Shown: one piece after another, positions 1-12,965 of the stretch
How positions within the stretch are numbered: position 1 is the first letter of the stretch
How the letters are laid out: each line of letters starts with the position of its first letter
NCBI GenBank assembly: GCA_964016885.1
Contig: OZ024741.1
Location: forward strand, 145,328,001-145,392,000
Direction: 5' to 3'
Length of the DNA: 64,000 nucleotides
Source: Eledone cirrhosa
Taxonomy: Eukaryota
The notes under the pieces: generated by a model
The model's database searches: none
Told to the model about the DNA's origin: nothing
The model's input: only the letters and a program-made list of their open reading frames with translations
Translations under genes and position numbers: made by a program

Positions 1-990
1 ATGTTCGGAGACTTAAGTCAACCAAAACATGAAGTACACATATACACACACCCTACATACGTACGAACCTGCATACTCACACAGACGCAAAACTCCCGTA
101 TACACATAACCAAACCATATGTACCAGAATAAAAAATAAAAAAATGATACGCCATAACATAAACAATCAAATATACGTACGAGAAGGTATACGTACCTTC
201 ACGAAACATACGGGTAATATATACTTACCTATGCAAATAAGTAATGATATAAACAAAACATATACTTAGCTCCCACATCAATACGTAAAATATCCACGTA
301 TAGATCGTACTATCCGTTAGGGTATAACGTGGGGCTGTAATACAGGAAAGTTTTGTGCAATTTATGTTTACAAGCCGAAATTGCCTCAGATTTTTTGTTT
401 AAGATGTGATCTGTGGCGTAGAGTATTTCCAGGGCCTCAGCGGCGCAGAATCACATGGTCTTTTATTTCCGTTATACGACCTAGCCCTAGCTAGGATCTC
501 CCAGTGTAACTTATATTGGGTGTGGCTGTCTTTTAGACTCCAGATATAAGCTGAAAGTGACGTCATATTCCTTCTTAGAGGGTAACGAAAAGAAATGTAT
601 GCGTGTAAAGACGCTGCTTGAATCTATTGGCGGTTAACCCTATGTAGGCCCTACGGGACGTGGGTGTTACAACCTTACATTTGTAGACAATGTTACTAGA
701 GAGGCATTTCCCGGATAGGGGCAATCAACCCGATTCCTACAATTACAGTTAGTACTAACTACAGGGTTGCACGTGTTCCTACGGCTAGGTAGTTTAGCTA
801 AATTTGAAGCTGTGATGTTATGTGCAAGGTTAGGAGTCGTAGAGTAAGAAATTTTAATAGTATTTCTATTAAAAATTTTACTATATTTATGTGTAGGAGG
901 AAAATGCTTCGTAATAAGGGAAAGAAAGATCTTAGATAATGGTGTGACCACCTCCATATTATATGGTGGGTTATACCATATGGTGGGTTA
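1..990 (-). mobile_element. Penelope-like element (Naiad-type) 3' fragment: linker + GIY-YIG endonuclease + 3' UTR, running off the window start
   Basis: Minus strand reads YNPPYNMEV..KHFPPTHKYSKIFNRNTIKISYSTTPNL..CNCRNRVDCPYPG, then after a frameshift NIVYKCKV..AYIGLTANRFKQR..SLSAYIWSLK..WEIL; same motifs as 21200-22050. Confidence 0.85.
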
Positions 991-999
991 TACCATAAA

Positions 1000-2289
1000 C
1001 GTAGGGCCTACATAGGATTAACCGCCAATAAATTCAAGCAGCGTCTTTAAACGCATACCCATTCTTTTCGTTACCCTCTAAGAAGGAATATGACGTCACT
1101 TTCAGCTTATATCTGGAGTCTAAAAGACCATGTGACCTCTGCGCTGCTGAGGCCCTGGAAATACTCTACGCCACAGATCACATCTTAAACAAAAAATCTG
1201 AGGCAATTTCGGCTTGTAAACATAAATTGCACAAAACTTTCCTGTATTACAGCCCCACGTTATACCCTAACGGATAGTACGATCTATACGTGGATATTTT
1301 ACGTATTGATGTGGGAGCTAAGTATATGTTTTGTTTATATCATTACTTATTTGCATAGGTAAGTATATATTACCCGTATGTTTCGTGAAGGTACGTATAC
1401 CTTCTCGTACGTATATTTGATTGTTTATGTTATGGCGTATCATTTTTTTATTTTTTATTCTGGTACATATGGTTTGGTTATGTGTATACGGGAGTTTTGC
1501 GTCTGTGTGAGTATGCAGGTTCGTACGTATGTAGGGTGTGTGTATATGTGTACTTCATGTTTTGGTTGACTTAAGTCTCCGAACATTCGTGTATTTACAT
1601 GTAGGTATGTGTGTGCGCTTGTTATATACGTATTTATTTATTTATATACGTTTATATAATTATTTATTTATTTGTATACACGCATACACACACACATATT
1701 TATATGTGCGTGGTTTTGTATACCTATGGTAATTGTTTTGCGTATGCTTGTGTATGTACGTATTTGTTTGCGTGTATGTATTTATTTCTTTCTATTACTT
1801 CTGTATTGTATTTATTTACTTTGTTCTTAACTCTGTAGCGGAGATTCATTCGGTCTCCTAGTTAAAATTTTAGTGTACGACTTCTGCTATACCATTTACG
1901 TGGTTTTGTCTTTGCGTGCTATTGTTCTCCACGCTCCACATATGACGTATTATCTTCGTTTTTTTCGTTCGTTCATTGCCAGAGAACGTCTCTATGAACC
2001 ACCTAAGAGAACATTAGTCTACGACCTCTTTTATACCATAAACGTTGTTCTGTCTTTGCGCGTAATTGTTTTTCACCGCTCCTATTAATGACGTATCTTA
2101 TTCGTTTTTTCCCGTTCTTTGCCAGCGAACTTTTCCACGAACCAAAGTATCGTCTTCCTGTCTTCCTCCGGTTGCAACGTTTTTTGAAATATCCACTTCT
2201 GCGTTTACAGATTGACTTTGTTAGTTTCAGAAGATCCCGTTAAGGGTGAATGCAGCGATTCTTTGCTTAAACTTTAATCTGTTATTTTA

Positions 2290-2290
<1 letters not shown>
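1000..2290 (+). mobile_element. Inverted second copy of the same Naiad-type PLE (EN C-terminus, 3' UTR, hammerhead, end at (TA)n)
   Basis: 1127-1586 is the reverse complement of 1-460 (identical 63-aa ORFs 18..209- and 1378..1569+); 1001-1128 mirrors 531-655; reads AYIGLTANKFKQR..CDLCAAEALEILY..LNKKSEAISACKHK. Confidence 0.85.
2223..2273 (+). ncRNA. Type I hammerhead ribozyme motif, A4 core variant, degenerate (GAAT)
   Basis: agttt CAGAAGA t-ccc-gttaa-ggg-t GAAT gcag..ttgc TT aaact; near-identical to 10003-10054. Confidence 0.55.
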
Positions 2291-2328
<38 letters not shown>

Positions 2329-2333
2329 TAGGT

Positions 2334-2382
<49 letters not shown>

Positions 2383-2393
2383 TAGGTAGATAG

Positions 2394-2424
<31 letters not shown>

Positions 2425-2544
2425 TAGGTAGATATATTTATACTTGTAATGACTGACAAAGCTGACAGAACATGAGATGAGGTATGTTTAATTGAAACCA
2501 ATTTGTAATCATATATCTGAAGCTAAAACGTTTTGAAAGACAGA

Positions 2545-2800
2545 AATTATATAGGGACCATTTTGTTTTGAAAGCTTGTAACAGATGTGAATATAGGGAG
2601 AACTCTGTTGTTACAACTTCTATGGAGGAGGATGGCAAGAATTTTCACATTGCCACAAGCTGTAATATAAATATAGGGAGCATTTTGTTGTTACAGCTTG
2701 TAGCAATGAGAATATAGGGTGCATTTTGTTGTTACAGCCTGTAGCAATGAGAATATAGGGAGCATTCTGTTTTTACAGCTTATAGCAATGTGAAAGTTCC
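2545..2800. repeat. Degenerate ~40-bp tandem repeat
   Basis: Repeated unit gaatatagggagcattttgttgttacagcttgtagcaatga. Confidence 0.75.
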
Positions 2801-3043
2801 TGTCATCCTCCTCATTATCCCCCCCCTCTTCATGCTAGGATGGGCTGGACAGATGAGATATTTTGAGGCAATGTTTCTGAGACCAGATACCAACTTACTG
2901 TTAATGTCTAAGTATAGTAGGTACCAGTAATTTTCAGGGAAAGGCTTTACAGCTGGATGTGTTATTTATATGAGACAGACAAAAATCTTATAAGTTACTT
3001 TAAATATTGGTGTTAAACTGACGTATCACACACTATACATATG

Positions 3044-3201
3044 TAGTTGGTGTTAGAAAGGGCATCCAGCCATAGAAAACCTGTCAGAAACAGTTCTGTA
3101 TGAGTGAGACACGGTCTCCTGACCAATCTTGCCTCAAGTGGGACAAAACCGTCCAACCATGCTAGCGTAGAAGATGGACGTTAAACGATGATGATGATGA
3201 T
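3044..3201 (+). mobile_element. RTE 3' end fragment
   Basis: gttggtgttagaaagggcatccagc core and (GAT)n tail shared with the RTE 3' UTRs. Confidence 0.75.
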
Positions 3202-3336
3202 ATATATACACACACACATATATACATGTATATATTTTTTATTCATTTTCCATGCTTGCATGGGTTGGATGGGTCCTTTTCAACACAGCATCTCTCTACT
3301 CATAGTCTTCTGTGAAACCAACTGTGAAATTCAGTG

Positions 3337-3395
<59 letters not shown>

Positions 3396-3405
3396 GTTTT
3401 TAATA

Positions 3406-3766
3406 ATGTCTCATTCTGTTGGACCCTTCCTAAAAACTAACCTTCTAGTATTATTATTAATTAATTATTCTAGAACCTTCCTGCATCTCGCTCGCTAACT
3501 CTGTGAGCATTTTGCTCCTTCTGGGTTCCCAAGGACAGAATTTATCTATCTATCTAATCTCTCTTACGGACGATATGTCGATTTTGAGAATGTAAGCAAA
3601 ACACTTCTTTCCTTTTGCCCGTAGTTGACTCAATAAGCAATATTTTTAACTTTTATTTATGCCAGTCTAGAATTCAAATTCTCCGTTTTTCTCTCGGGTT
3701 TTCAATTACTATTTTCCTAAGTAGGAGAAGGCTAGTTTTTAGGAAGTGTCCAACAGAATGAGACAT
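3406..3766. mobile_element. ~360-bp element with ~40-bp terminal inverted repeats (MITE or PLE inverted end)
   Basis: atgtctcattctgttggacccttcctaaaaactaaccttct ... agaaggctagtttttaggaagtgtccaacagaatgagacat. Confidence 0.65.
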
Positions 3767-3770
3767 ACTC

Positions 3771-5680
3771 CATCATCATCATTTTACGTCCGCTTTTCCC
3801 TGCTTGCAAGGGTGGGGCGGGTCTTATTCAGCACAGCATCTCTCCACGGTCTTTCGTCATCTCCACCATGAGCTTCAGCGATCTGAGGTCTGTTCTCACC
3901 ACCTCTGCCCATGTTTTTCGTGGTCTACCTCTACCACGTCTTCCTTCAACTGGCATTTCCTGGCACTTCTTCACCCATCGGTAATCCTCCATGCGCATCA
4001 CATATCCATACCACCTCAGTCTCCTCTCTCGTACACTACATTCTATCCCTCTCAGACACAGTTTCTCTCTCAACATATTCATGATGGGTCATTCACGCAC
4101 ATTGACATTGCACATCCAACGGAGTATGCTTGCCTCATTTCTCTCCAGCCGTCGCATATCCTCTGCAGTTGCTGCCCATGTCTCACTACCATACAGCATC
4201 GCGCTCCTCACACAGGCATCATATAACCAGCCTTTCGTACGCAGGGAGAAACACTTCGTCAGCAGAGGAAGCAGCTCCCTAAACTTCTTCCAACCCATCC
4301 TTATTCTACATACTATGGCCTTGGAACATGCTAATCTGATCTCCTAGGTACCAGAAGCTATGCACCACTTCTATAGCACCCACCTGTATTTGAACAATGT
4401 GTCTATCAATGCGACTTCTACTGTCTAATTTCCCTGTACATCTACTGCATACGTATTTCTCCCTACCTGTTTGTTTGCCTGCTATCCCGCTACATCTCTT
4501 GTGTACCCAGGATCTGCATTGTGTGCATTTTATAGAATTTATGCCAGTTTCTTTTCTGCATATCGAACATGGCCATTTCCCTGACGGAATCAGAGTTTTG
4601 TCCTCTTTTCTACTCATCAACACTTTTGTCTTAGCTAGGTTCACTCTCAGTCCTCTTGATTCCAACTGCTGTTTCCATAGCCAGAATTTATTCTCTAGCT
4701 CCTCTACTGATTCTGCTATAAGAACCAGATCGTCAGCATAGAGAAGTTCCCATGGGCAGCCAGTCTTAAACTCCTCTGTTATGGCTTGGAGGACTATAAT
4801 GAACAAAAGCGGGCTGAGGACCGAACCTTGATGTACGCCTACTTGTACCTGGAATTCCTCCCTAAATTCCATTCCTACTCTGACTTTACTGACAGTACCT
4901 CTGTACAAAGTTTGCACTGTCCTCACAAGCCATTCCTCAACACCTAATTTCCTTAGGGACCACCAGATGACAGATCTGGGTACCCTATCAAAGGCCTTCT
5001 CTAGGTCAACAAAGGCTTATTTTTCTCTAAGAACCTCTCTTGTAATTGTCTCACCAAGAAGAGGGCATCTATTGTACTCTTCCCAGGCACAAAACCAAAC
5101 TGCATCTCATCTAGTTTGACCCTTTCTTTAATTAATTGTGCTAATATCCTTTCTGCCACTTTCATAACCTGATCCATCAGTTTTATACCCCTATAATTGC
5201 TTCTCTCCAGAGCATCCCCTTTACCTTTGTAGCAATTTATGAGAATACTGCTGCACCAGTTTTGGGGTATGACACCACCATATATAGCCTGATTGATTAT
5301 GCGTGCAACTAGTTTAGTGCCTACGTCCCCTGATGCCTTCAGCATCTCAGCAACTATCCCCGATGGTCCAGCAGCCTTACCATTTTTCATTTCCTTAATT
5401 GCCTCTTGGACCCTATATTCGTCAATCTCAATAGCTGGTCCCTCTGTCGGATCTACTGAGGGAAATTTCTCTCTCTCCCATTCGTTCTCCACATTCATCA
5501 GTTTCTCTTAATGACATTTCTAGGCCTCCTTTTTCTGATCATTCGTGACACTAAGTACACCGGCATCATTCCGGACACATTTATCTCAAACAACATCCTG
5601 ATTTGCATTGACACACTGCCTTGCAATGTGGAACACCGCACCCCTCTGATCTTCCCGTCGCAGAACATTGGCAAACCTCC
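3771..5680 (-). mobile_element. RTE-clade LINE, 5'-truncated, frameshifted
   Basis: ORFs 5001..5498, 4306..4926, 4089..4298, 3828..4082: KAAGPSGI, QFGFVPGKST, GVHQGSVLSPLLF, LYADD, PHD cysteines, LYGSETW, RRLRWYG; (CAT)n at 3771. Confidence 0.95.
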
Positions 5681-5759
5681 TACTCTCGTTTTCCATCCAT
5701 AGGGGTATTTTACCAGATTTTTTATACTGTTATTTATTGCAACCAACTGTATTTACAGT

Positions 5760-6640
5760 TACTTCTGTACCTGAGTTTCTTACATATATATAACATAGCC
5801 TACAGAATGTGTTCCTGGATTCTCAGAACTTTCCAGTCGAGAGATATCCACACCATTATCCTTCTCTTCTCTACTTTTGCCTGACACCACCTTGAATACT
5901 GTTGTCCACTGTGGTCCCCCCACACGAAACAAAGTATTTTGAAAATTGAAGCAGCTTAAAAGTAAATCACAAAAAATAGATGGCATGATAGGCCTTTACT
6001 ATTTAGGGCGGTGGATTGGCAGTATCGGTAGAGGGTCGGACATCATGCTTTGACGCATAGAGTTACGGCCCTTGTCATTCTGAGTTCAAATCCCGCCGAG
6101 GTTAACTTTGCCTTTCATCCTTACGGGGTCGATAAAATAAAGTACCAGTAATACACTGGGATAATTGCTGGCTTTGTGCCAAAAGTAGAAACAACTGTTT
6201 AGGGTTGACTGGTAAAGCTCAAATTCTATTCTCTCTAACGCCGCCGTGAGTGCTAAGTTATCTGCATGTGGAAAATATTCCATCAGCATTGCTCAAATGA
6301 TGTTGGCATCATCTTTAAAGTACACTTAAGGCTTGGGCTCCATGCTATCCGCCCACAACAAAAATCAAATTCTCATCTCATAACATTATGGCACAATTGT
6401 ATCACCTCAACTGGTCCCACACTCTTTTGCATTGTACAAAAACATTAAAACAGAAACATACCTTATAAAATTCAAAAAGTCTTTGGACAAATTCCTGCAA
6501 AAATCCCAGATATGTCTCCATAAACAATTACTCTCTACTTGAGTGGGCCATGGTGTCCAAATCCTGATTTGAAAGACTTCACCAGGTAGTGTTAATAAGT
6601 TAGACATGGTTTGGGCCAATATTGACCAACACCTATCAAA
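5760..6640 (+). mobile_element. Degraded CR1/L2-like LINE C-terminus interrupted by a SINE
   Basis: Reads WILRTFQSRD..HHLEYCCPLWSPHTKQSILKIE and, after the SINE, YSL*RRRE..MWKI..FKKSLDKFLQK. Confidence 0.75.
6005..6193 (+). mobile_element. tRNA-derived SINE (family 1) with TSD
   Basis: A-box-like ggattggcagtatcggta, B-box gagttcaaatcc, central gcctttcatccttacggggtcgataaa; flanking act(a/g)tttaggg at 5998-6008 and 6194-6204. Confidence 0.85.
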
Positions 6641-7496
6641 GTTATATATATATCATCATATTTTTCTGTCTATTTTCTGTTTGCATATGTCATTATATAT
6701 ATACAGTATATACACATACACATACAAGGCTACAAAGCTACAAAGTTATGCGTGTATGTGTGTGTGTGTATATAAATATATATATATATAGGTGTGTATA
6801 TCTGTGTCTACATTTATAAATATATATCTATATACAGCAGACGTATATACACATCTAATAGATATATCAGGCATTGTCATTTGCATGTGGAGATTGTCAG
6901 CTGGCAATATATGCATGACTTAAAATTTCTATAAGCAGTATCTATTTTGAATAACAGTTAAGTAACTGGATTTTATAAAAAAATTATGCTTTCATTCTAT
7001 ATTACGAAAAGCACTGGATTTTGGATTCCTATATGATATATTCCATCTTAGATGAAATTATATTATCTTTTCCTTTAACAAAATTTTTGAATCTAAAATC
7101 TTTATTTGTTTCTTGTGAATGTTTCTAAATGAACTTTTCCAGAATAAATTCTATATTTAAATGTGTTTGAGGTAATTCTCACATAAATAGTAGAATTGTT
7201 GTAAGTAGTAATTGTACATTGGTGCAGTAAATCTTTAGTCAAACAATAAAACAGCAGAGGTAGTTGTTTGGTAAGAGTAAAATTACAGCAATTTGTGTGT
7301 TTATTGATTGAGGATTTTCTTGTTTATTAAGCTTATAGGTATGAAAATATAATAAATTATGGCCAAAGTTTGGGAGACTAGAATAGTATAACACTATACT
7401 TTTTGTCGAACATCAAATGGAATTTATATCACTCTATCTATTTATTTGTGCGTGCATGTATGTATATATATATATATACATATATTCATATATATA

Positions 7497-9082
7497 TTGT
7501 TGACTTGGAGATAGCCTTTGATAGAGTACCCCTCTCCATTATCTAGTGAGCTCTTAGAAAACTAGGCGTTGATGAATGGCTTGTGAGAGCTATACAAGCC
7601 ATGTATCAAAAAACAGTCAGCAAGGTTAGAATTAACAACGAATATAGTGAAGAGTTTAGCGTAAAAGTTGGTGTTCATCAGGGCTCCGTCCTTAGCCCCC
7701 TACTATTTATTATTGCCCTTCAGGCTATAACAGAGAAGTTCAAGACCGGCTGCCCATGGGAACTCCTATACGCAGATGATCTAACGCTCATAGCTGAATC
7801 AATGGCTGAACTAGAGAAGAAATTCCAAACATGGAAGCATGGCCTAGAATCAAAAAGCCTTAAAATTAACCTGTCTAAGACTAAAGTTCTAGTTTGTAGA
7901 AAGGAAAATAGGCACTGGTCCCATCTGGGAAATGATCATGCTCAGTGTGTAGGAAAGGAGTAGGCAGAAACTCCATTTTATGTCCCAAATGCAAAATATG
8001 GGTGCATAAAAGATGTAGTGGGATCAAAGGTAAGCTAACTAAGAATATAGATTTTATATGTGGCCGGTGCTCAGGTGCAATAAGTAGCAGCAAGTGCTCA
8101 CAGAATACTAGCTCATTCCATTGCACAGATGGTTCTATAGAAATAGTGGACACCTTCCTTTACCTGGGTGACAAAATCAGCAGTGGCGGAGGGTGCTCTG
8201 AAAGTACAGTAGCTAGAGTCAGAACGGGATGGAAAAAGTTCAGAGAGCTATACCACTATTGGCCGCTAAAGGGTTCTCTCTAAAAATGAAAGGCAGGCTG
8301 TATGATGCCTGCATACGAACAGCAATGTTACATGGCAGTGAGACTTGGGCATTGTGTGCAGAGGATATATGCAGACTGGAGAGGAACGAAGCTTGCGTGC
8401 TCTGTTGGATGTGTAATAGTAATATACGTGAACGGCAAAGCATAAATGTAATAAAGAAGAAATTAGGAATAAGAGGAATCAGATTTTGTTTACTCGAGAG
8501 AAGACTACGTTGGTATGGTCATGTGATAAAAAAGTGCAGGGCGATAAAAATAGACGGTAGCCACGGAGTAGGCAGACCCAGAAAAACCTGGGACGACTTG
8601 ATAAATTCCAACCTCACACACTTACATCTCTCCAAGACAATGTCACTGGACCGAGATCTTTGGCGCTACACAGTAATACAGAAGACCCGCCTTGCTTAAG
8701 TACAAAGCGAAACCTACAGTCAGTAGGCACCTCTTAAAAAAAATACACACCCGTCCCACTACCCCCACCCCAACCACACCACCCCTTCCGATGTAAAGTT
8801 ATGTTGGTACCACAACATACAGTCCAAAATAAATGAGGTCGTGTAGGTGTCACAACAAAAAAACACAAAGTCCACGCTGTAATGTGGTCATGTAGGTAAC
8901 ACGGTAAAAACCTCCCAGTCCTCACTGTAAACGTGGTTGGTGTTAGGAAGGTCATCCAGCCGTAGAAAACACGACAGACAGTCCTATACGAGCAAAACAA
9001 CCAATCTTGCCTCAAGTGGGAAAATTGCCGTCCAAACCCATGTAAGCGTGGGAGATGGACGTTAAACGATGATGATGATGAT
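7497..9082 (+). mobile_element. RTE-clade LINE, 5'-truncated, frameshifted
   Basis: VDLEIAFDRVP, ORFs 7583..7963, 7945..8283, 8229..8699; 3' UTR ending (GAT)n; (TA)n on both sides. Confidence 0.95.
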
Positions 9083-9094
9083 ATATGTATATAT

Positions 9095-9288
9095 AACAAA
9101 GGAATTGTGGTAAGGAAACAGATGGACCATAACGCACCAGAGTACTCAATACTTAGGATAGTAGAGTGGGAAATAGGAAAAAGTATGACCCCAGCGGCAG
9201 AGCTGAAGCCGTTTCAACGGCTATTTCTGTCCAGAAATAGCCGTCTAAACGGCTTGAGCTCTGCCATCGGGATCATACTTTTTCCTAT
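9095..9288. mobile_element. Asymmetric foldback (family B; half-hammerhead pLTR relic)
   Basis: Hairpin with apex ctatttctg-tc-cagaaatag; homologous to 11135-11267 and 19176-19385. Confidence 0.75.
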
Positions 9289-9360
9289 ATATATATATAT
9301 ATATATATGTATATGTATATATAAATGTACACATATATATATATACACGCATATATATAT

Positions 9361-9830
9361 ATGATGATGATGGTTTTCCCCTCATTAGCGAGTACGGCCA
9401 TTGCACGATATAACATTAAAATTATTATTAATTAATGCTACCATGCAATGCCTGTGCATGAAGATTTTTTTTAAAGTGAGGAAAAACTGTGCACTGAGCC
9501 AATCCCATTCTCTGAGCGACAGTAGCTATCAACATCATCGGTAACTCCTGAGCTGCAGGTTTTATGTCGGAGTTATCCCAGTTTCCTGAGTTGCCTCCTC
9601 TTAGAAGAATGCCTTGACAAAAGCTAGGCGTCCTTCACTCCCAGTGGTTTACTCGCACAATAGGGTATCCAGCCCAGTTATTTCTATGTCCCCGTGCATA
9701 TACATACACATACATACATATATATACATATTTACACATTTCTGGATGGCCGGTGAGTCTTATGAGTTATTCCGCCCTTTGTCAGGTTTTGTTTTTTGTC
9801 CTGCAGGGTGTCCAAAATCACCCTTCTCAA
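9361..9830 (-). mobile_element. Diverged member of the non-autonomous RTE-like family
   Basis: Shares cctgcagggtgtccaaaatcaccc, gccttgacaaa(a/g)gct and the gccgtactcg 3' end with 57571-58163. Confidence 0.65.
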
Positions 9831-9839
9831 AATCACACA

Positions 9840-9908
<69 letters not shown>

Positions 9909-10002
9909 ATAATAATAAATTTAAAGACTAAAATCCAAAGAGGGCTCGATAAGGATAAATATATATCAAATATATAAGAACCGTAGAGAAAATATTTATA
10001 AT

Positions 10003-10054
10003 AAGTTTCAGAAGATCCCGTTAGGGTGAAAGCAGCGATTCTTTGCTTAAACTT
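10003..10054 (+). ncRNA. Type I hammerhead ribozyme motif, A4 core variant
   Basis: aagttt CAGAAGA t-ccc-gtta-ggg-t GAAA gcag-cgattct-ttgc TT aaactt; all three stems pair. Confidence 0.7.
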
Positions 10055-10064
10055 TAATCTGTTA

Positions 10065-10118
<54 letters not shown>

Positions 10119-10294
10119 TGATTATATATATATATAGGTGATTATATATAATGTATGTATATATATATATATCTATTTCAAAAGGATAACCTCCTTCAAA
10201 TTCGGTCAACACACAAGCAGGTAATACATACATCAAAAGGCAGCCCTCTTAGAGAGACAGAGAGTGAAAGAGACAGATTAGGAAAATTACATCT

Positions 10295-10358
<64 letters not shown>

Positions 10359-10806
10359 AAAGAGAAACAAAGGGACGGGCAAGCAGGTAATACATACATC
10401 TAAAATCATTTGGATACAAATATCATAATATAATGGTTGCAGAACAAAAGTACAGACAAATATAATAATGTATGTATCCCACACACTTTTTCTGTCGTCG
10501 CTCGCATAAGTAACACACACACACACAAATACACATACTTTCACACCTGATTTCGCCAATTGCCGGATAACCTCTAAACAAAACACACAGACACACATAT
10601 GCACATACACACATACACAAACTCACATACACATACGCAAACACACATATCTATACTTTATATGTATGTATGTATGTAAGATCATTCCCCCTCTCTATTA
10701 TTTAACTGCTTTACTCTCTCTGTCACTCTTCACTCTCTATATGACAACACTGTTTCAGTTTCCGTATCTCCCTTCAATATATATATACACACACACACAC
10801 ACACAT

Positions 10807-10892
<86 letters not shown>

Positions 10893-10934
10893 AGAGAGAT
10901 TTAGAGAAAGATTAGGAAAACTACACACACACCT

Positions 10935-11134
10935 NNNNNNNNNNNNNNNNNNNNNNNNNNNNNNNNNNNNNNNNNNNNNNNNNNNNNNNNNNNNNNNNNN
11001 NNNNNNNNNNNNNNNNNNNNNNNNNNNNNNNNNNNNNNNNNNNNNNNNNNNNNNNNNNNNNNNNNNNNNNNNNNNNNNNNNNNNNNNNNNNNNNNNNNNN
11101 NNNNNNNNNNNNNNNNNNNNNNNNNNNNNNNNNN
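10935..11134. other. Assembly gap (200 N)
   Basis: Run of N. Confidence 1.
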
Positions 11135-11265
11135 AGAATTAGCCGTCGAAACGGCTTGAGCTCAGCCTCGGGGTCCTACTCATTCCTATTACCCACTCTA
11201 CTACCCTAAGTATTGGGTACTTTGGTGCGTTATGGTCCACCTGGTTCCTTACCACATTTCCTTCG

Positions 11266-11267
<2 letters not shown>
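11135..11267. mobile_element. Family B foldback arm abutting the gap
   Basis: agaattagccgtcgaaacggcttgagctcagcc.. plus tail; reverse complement of the 19176-19313 arm. Confidence 0.75.
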
Positions 11268-11301
<34 letters not shown>

Positions 11302-11798
11302 GTAACATGTATCCCAGTACAACATGTCTCATGGTCGGGTCGTTGGCGACTAAACTGGCAACCCCACCAAGGTTTCTTGGTGAGGAGGGTGACTTTGGAC
11401 ATCCTGCAGGACTAAAAACAAAACCTGTCAAAGGGCAAAGGAGCTCTTAAGAGTCAATGGCCATCCAAAATCACCAGGAGAGATGACCCCTCAGCCTTTG
11501 TCAAGGCAGAATTCTAGGAGAAGGAAAACTCTGATATAACACCTGCAACCCTGATGGTATCCAATGATGTTGACTTGTTCTTCTTTTTGGTAAATATCAT
11601 CTTGGTTAAGAGAGTGGGACTGGCTTTGTGCAGTGCCTTTGCTCACTATAAAAGCTTCACGGCACAGGCATTGCTTTATATCTGGAGATCTCTCTGCACT
11701 TGTCATCACATTGTACCATGGGCCCAGCACTATGTGTCAATAATTGTCACAGGTGTAGTGTTTGTACCAGAGTTTTCAAGTCGCTGGCTGGACTTAAA
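11302..11798 (+). mobile_element. Non-autonomous bipartite RTE-like element (3' end lost)
   Basis: Near-identical to 57571-58163 (matching ORF translations); ends in [15 protein letters not shown]. Confidence 0.8.
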
Positions 11799-11879
11799 TG
11801 TAAGTATGTATGTATACGTACATACATATATGTATACAGATGTACAGTAGCATGTATATATATACATACAGGTACACAT

Positions 11880-12030
11880 ATATATATGCACGTATCAGTT
11901 TACCGAACATTTATTATAATGCTCGGTTTGTTCGTTTGTAAACAAACAAACAGCCTGAATTACGCCGTACAGTGTTTAGGCAACCACGTCACCTTTTTGT
12001 TCAGCACTGACATATATGTATGTACGTATA
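11880..12030. mobile_element. Family C foldback arm (single)
   Basis: tttaccgaacatttattataatgctcggtttg..gccgtacagtg shared with 18945-19080 and 25570-25750. Confidence 0.65.
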
Positions 12031-12068
12031 CATACATACTTACATATATATATATAAATAAATAAGTA

Positions 12069-12221
<153 letters not shown>

Positions 12222-12255
12222 GGATTTAAATGGATACAGTTCAGTTAAAAGGAAT

Positions 12256-12376
12256 TTATTGACACGTGTTTCAATAACAGTTACATAACCTGAAAACAGC
12301 TGCTATCTACAAAGTATTAGTTATGCAGACATTCAATATTTCAATGTTATTATCAACTGTCATTTCATCAGAATAA
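12256..12376 (-). ncRNA. Minimal type I hammerhead with ~92-nt stem II, in a PLE-like 3' end (about 12217-12720)
   Basis: ttatt CTGATGA aatgacagtt...aactgttatt GAAA cacgtg TC aataa; palindromic stem III, GUC site, overlapping AATAAA, then (TA)n. Confidence 0.85.
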
Positions 12377-12730
12377 TTTTATTGAGAACCTGTTTGGTTT
12401 TTATAGAGAATATTAGGAAGGTGGGGTGAGGTTGTTAGAAGAATAGTTAAGGGAGTGGTTTTTTGATAGCAGTGAGAATTTTTGGTGGCAGTGAGTAATT
12501 AGATTCCCATCTGTTGTTTTGACATTTTTATAGAATATATTATTTAGCGTTGGTTATTTTTCTAAATCTATAGAAGGATTAGAGATAGTATAGATATGCA
12601 TGGTTGGTTTTGTGTTTGCACTTAATTAATATTCAGACTTAAACTTTACTTTCAAGTGTACGTATCCTTTCGCCCATGCATTCACACACAAACATATATG
12701 CACACCTCTACAAAATACATATACTCACAT

Positions 12731-12770
<40 letters not shown>

Positions 12771-12900
12771 GCAAAAGTTCTATTTAAAATTGTTGGGATA
12801 CAACAAGTAAATATTTTATAACTGATATAAAGCACTCGACAAGTTTTTGGAGTAGATATACGATATTAATAAATGGAAACTATATTTATAAAACCATATT

Positions 12901-12965
12901 TATTTCATTATACATATTTCAGGAATACCAAATTAAAATATGGTATGCCTTCATCAGACAAAATA
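12901..12965 (-). ncRNA. Minimal type I hammerhead in a PLE-like 3' end (about 12775-13110)
   Basis: tattttgt CTGATGA aggcatacca..tggtattcct GAAA tatgta TA atgaaata. Confidence 0.85.

Noticed and set aside
2545-2800. CRISPR-like array
   Set aside because: Head-to-tail minisatellite with no unique spacers, no cas genes, eukaryotic context
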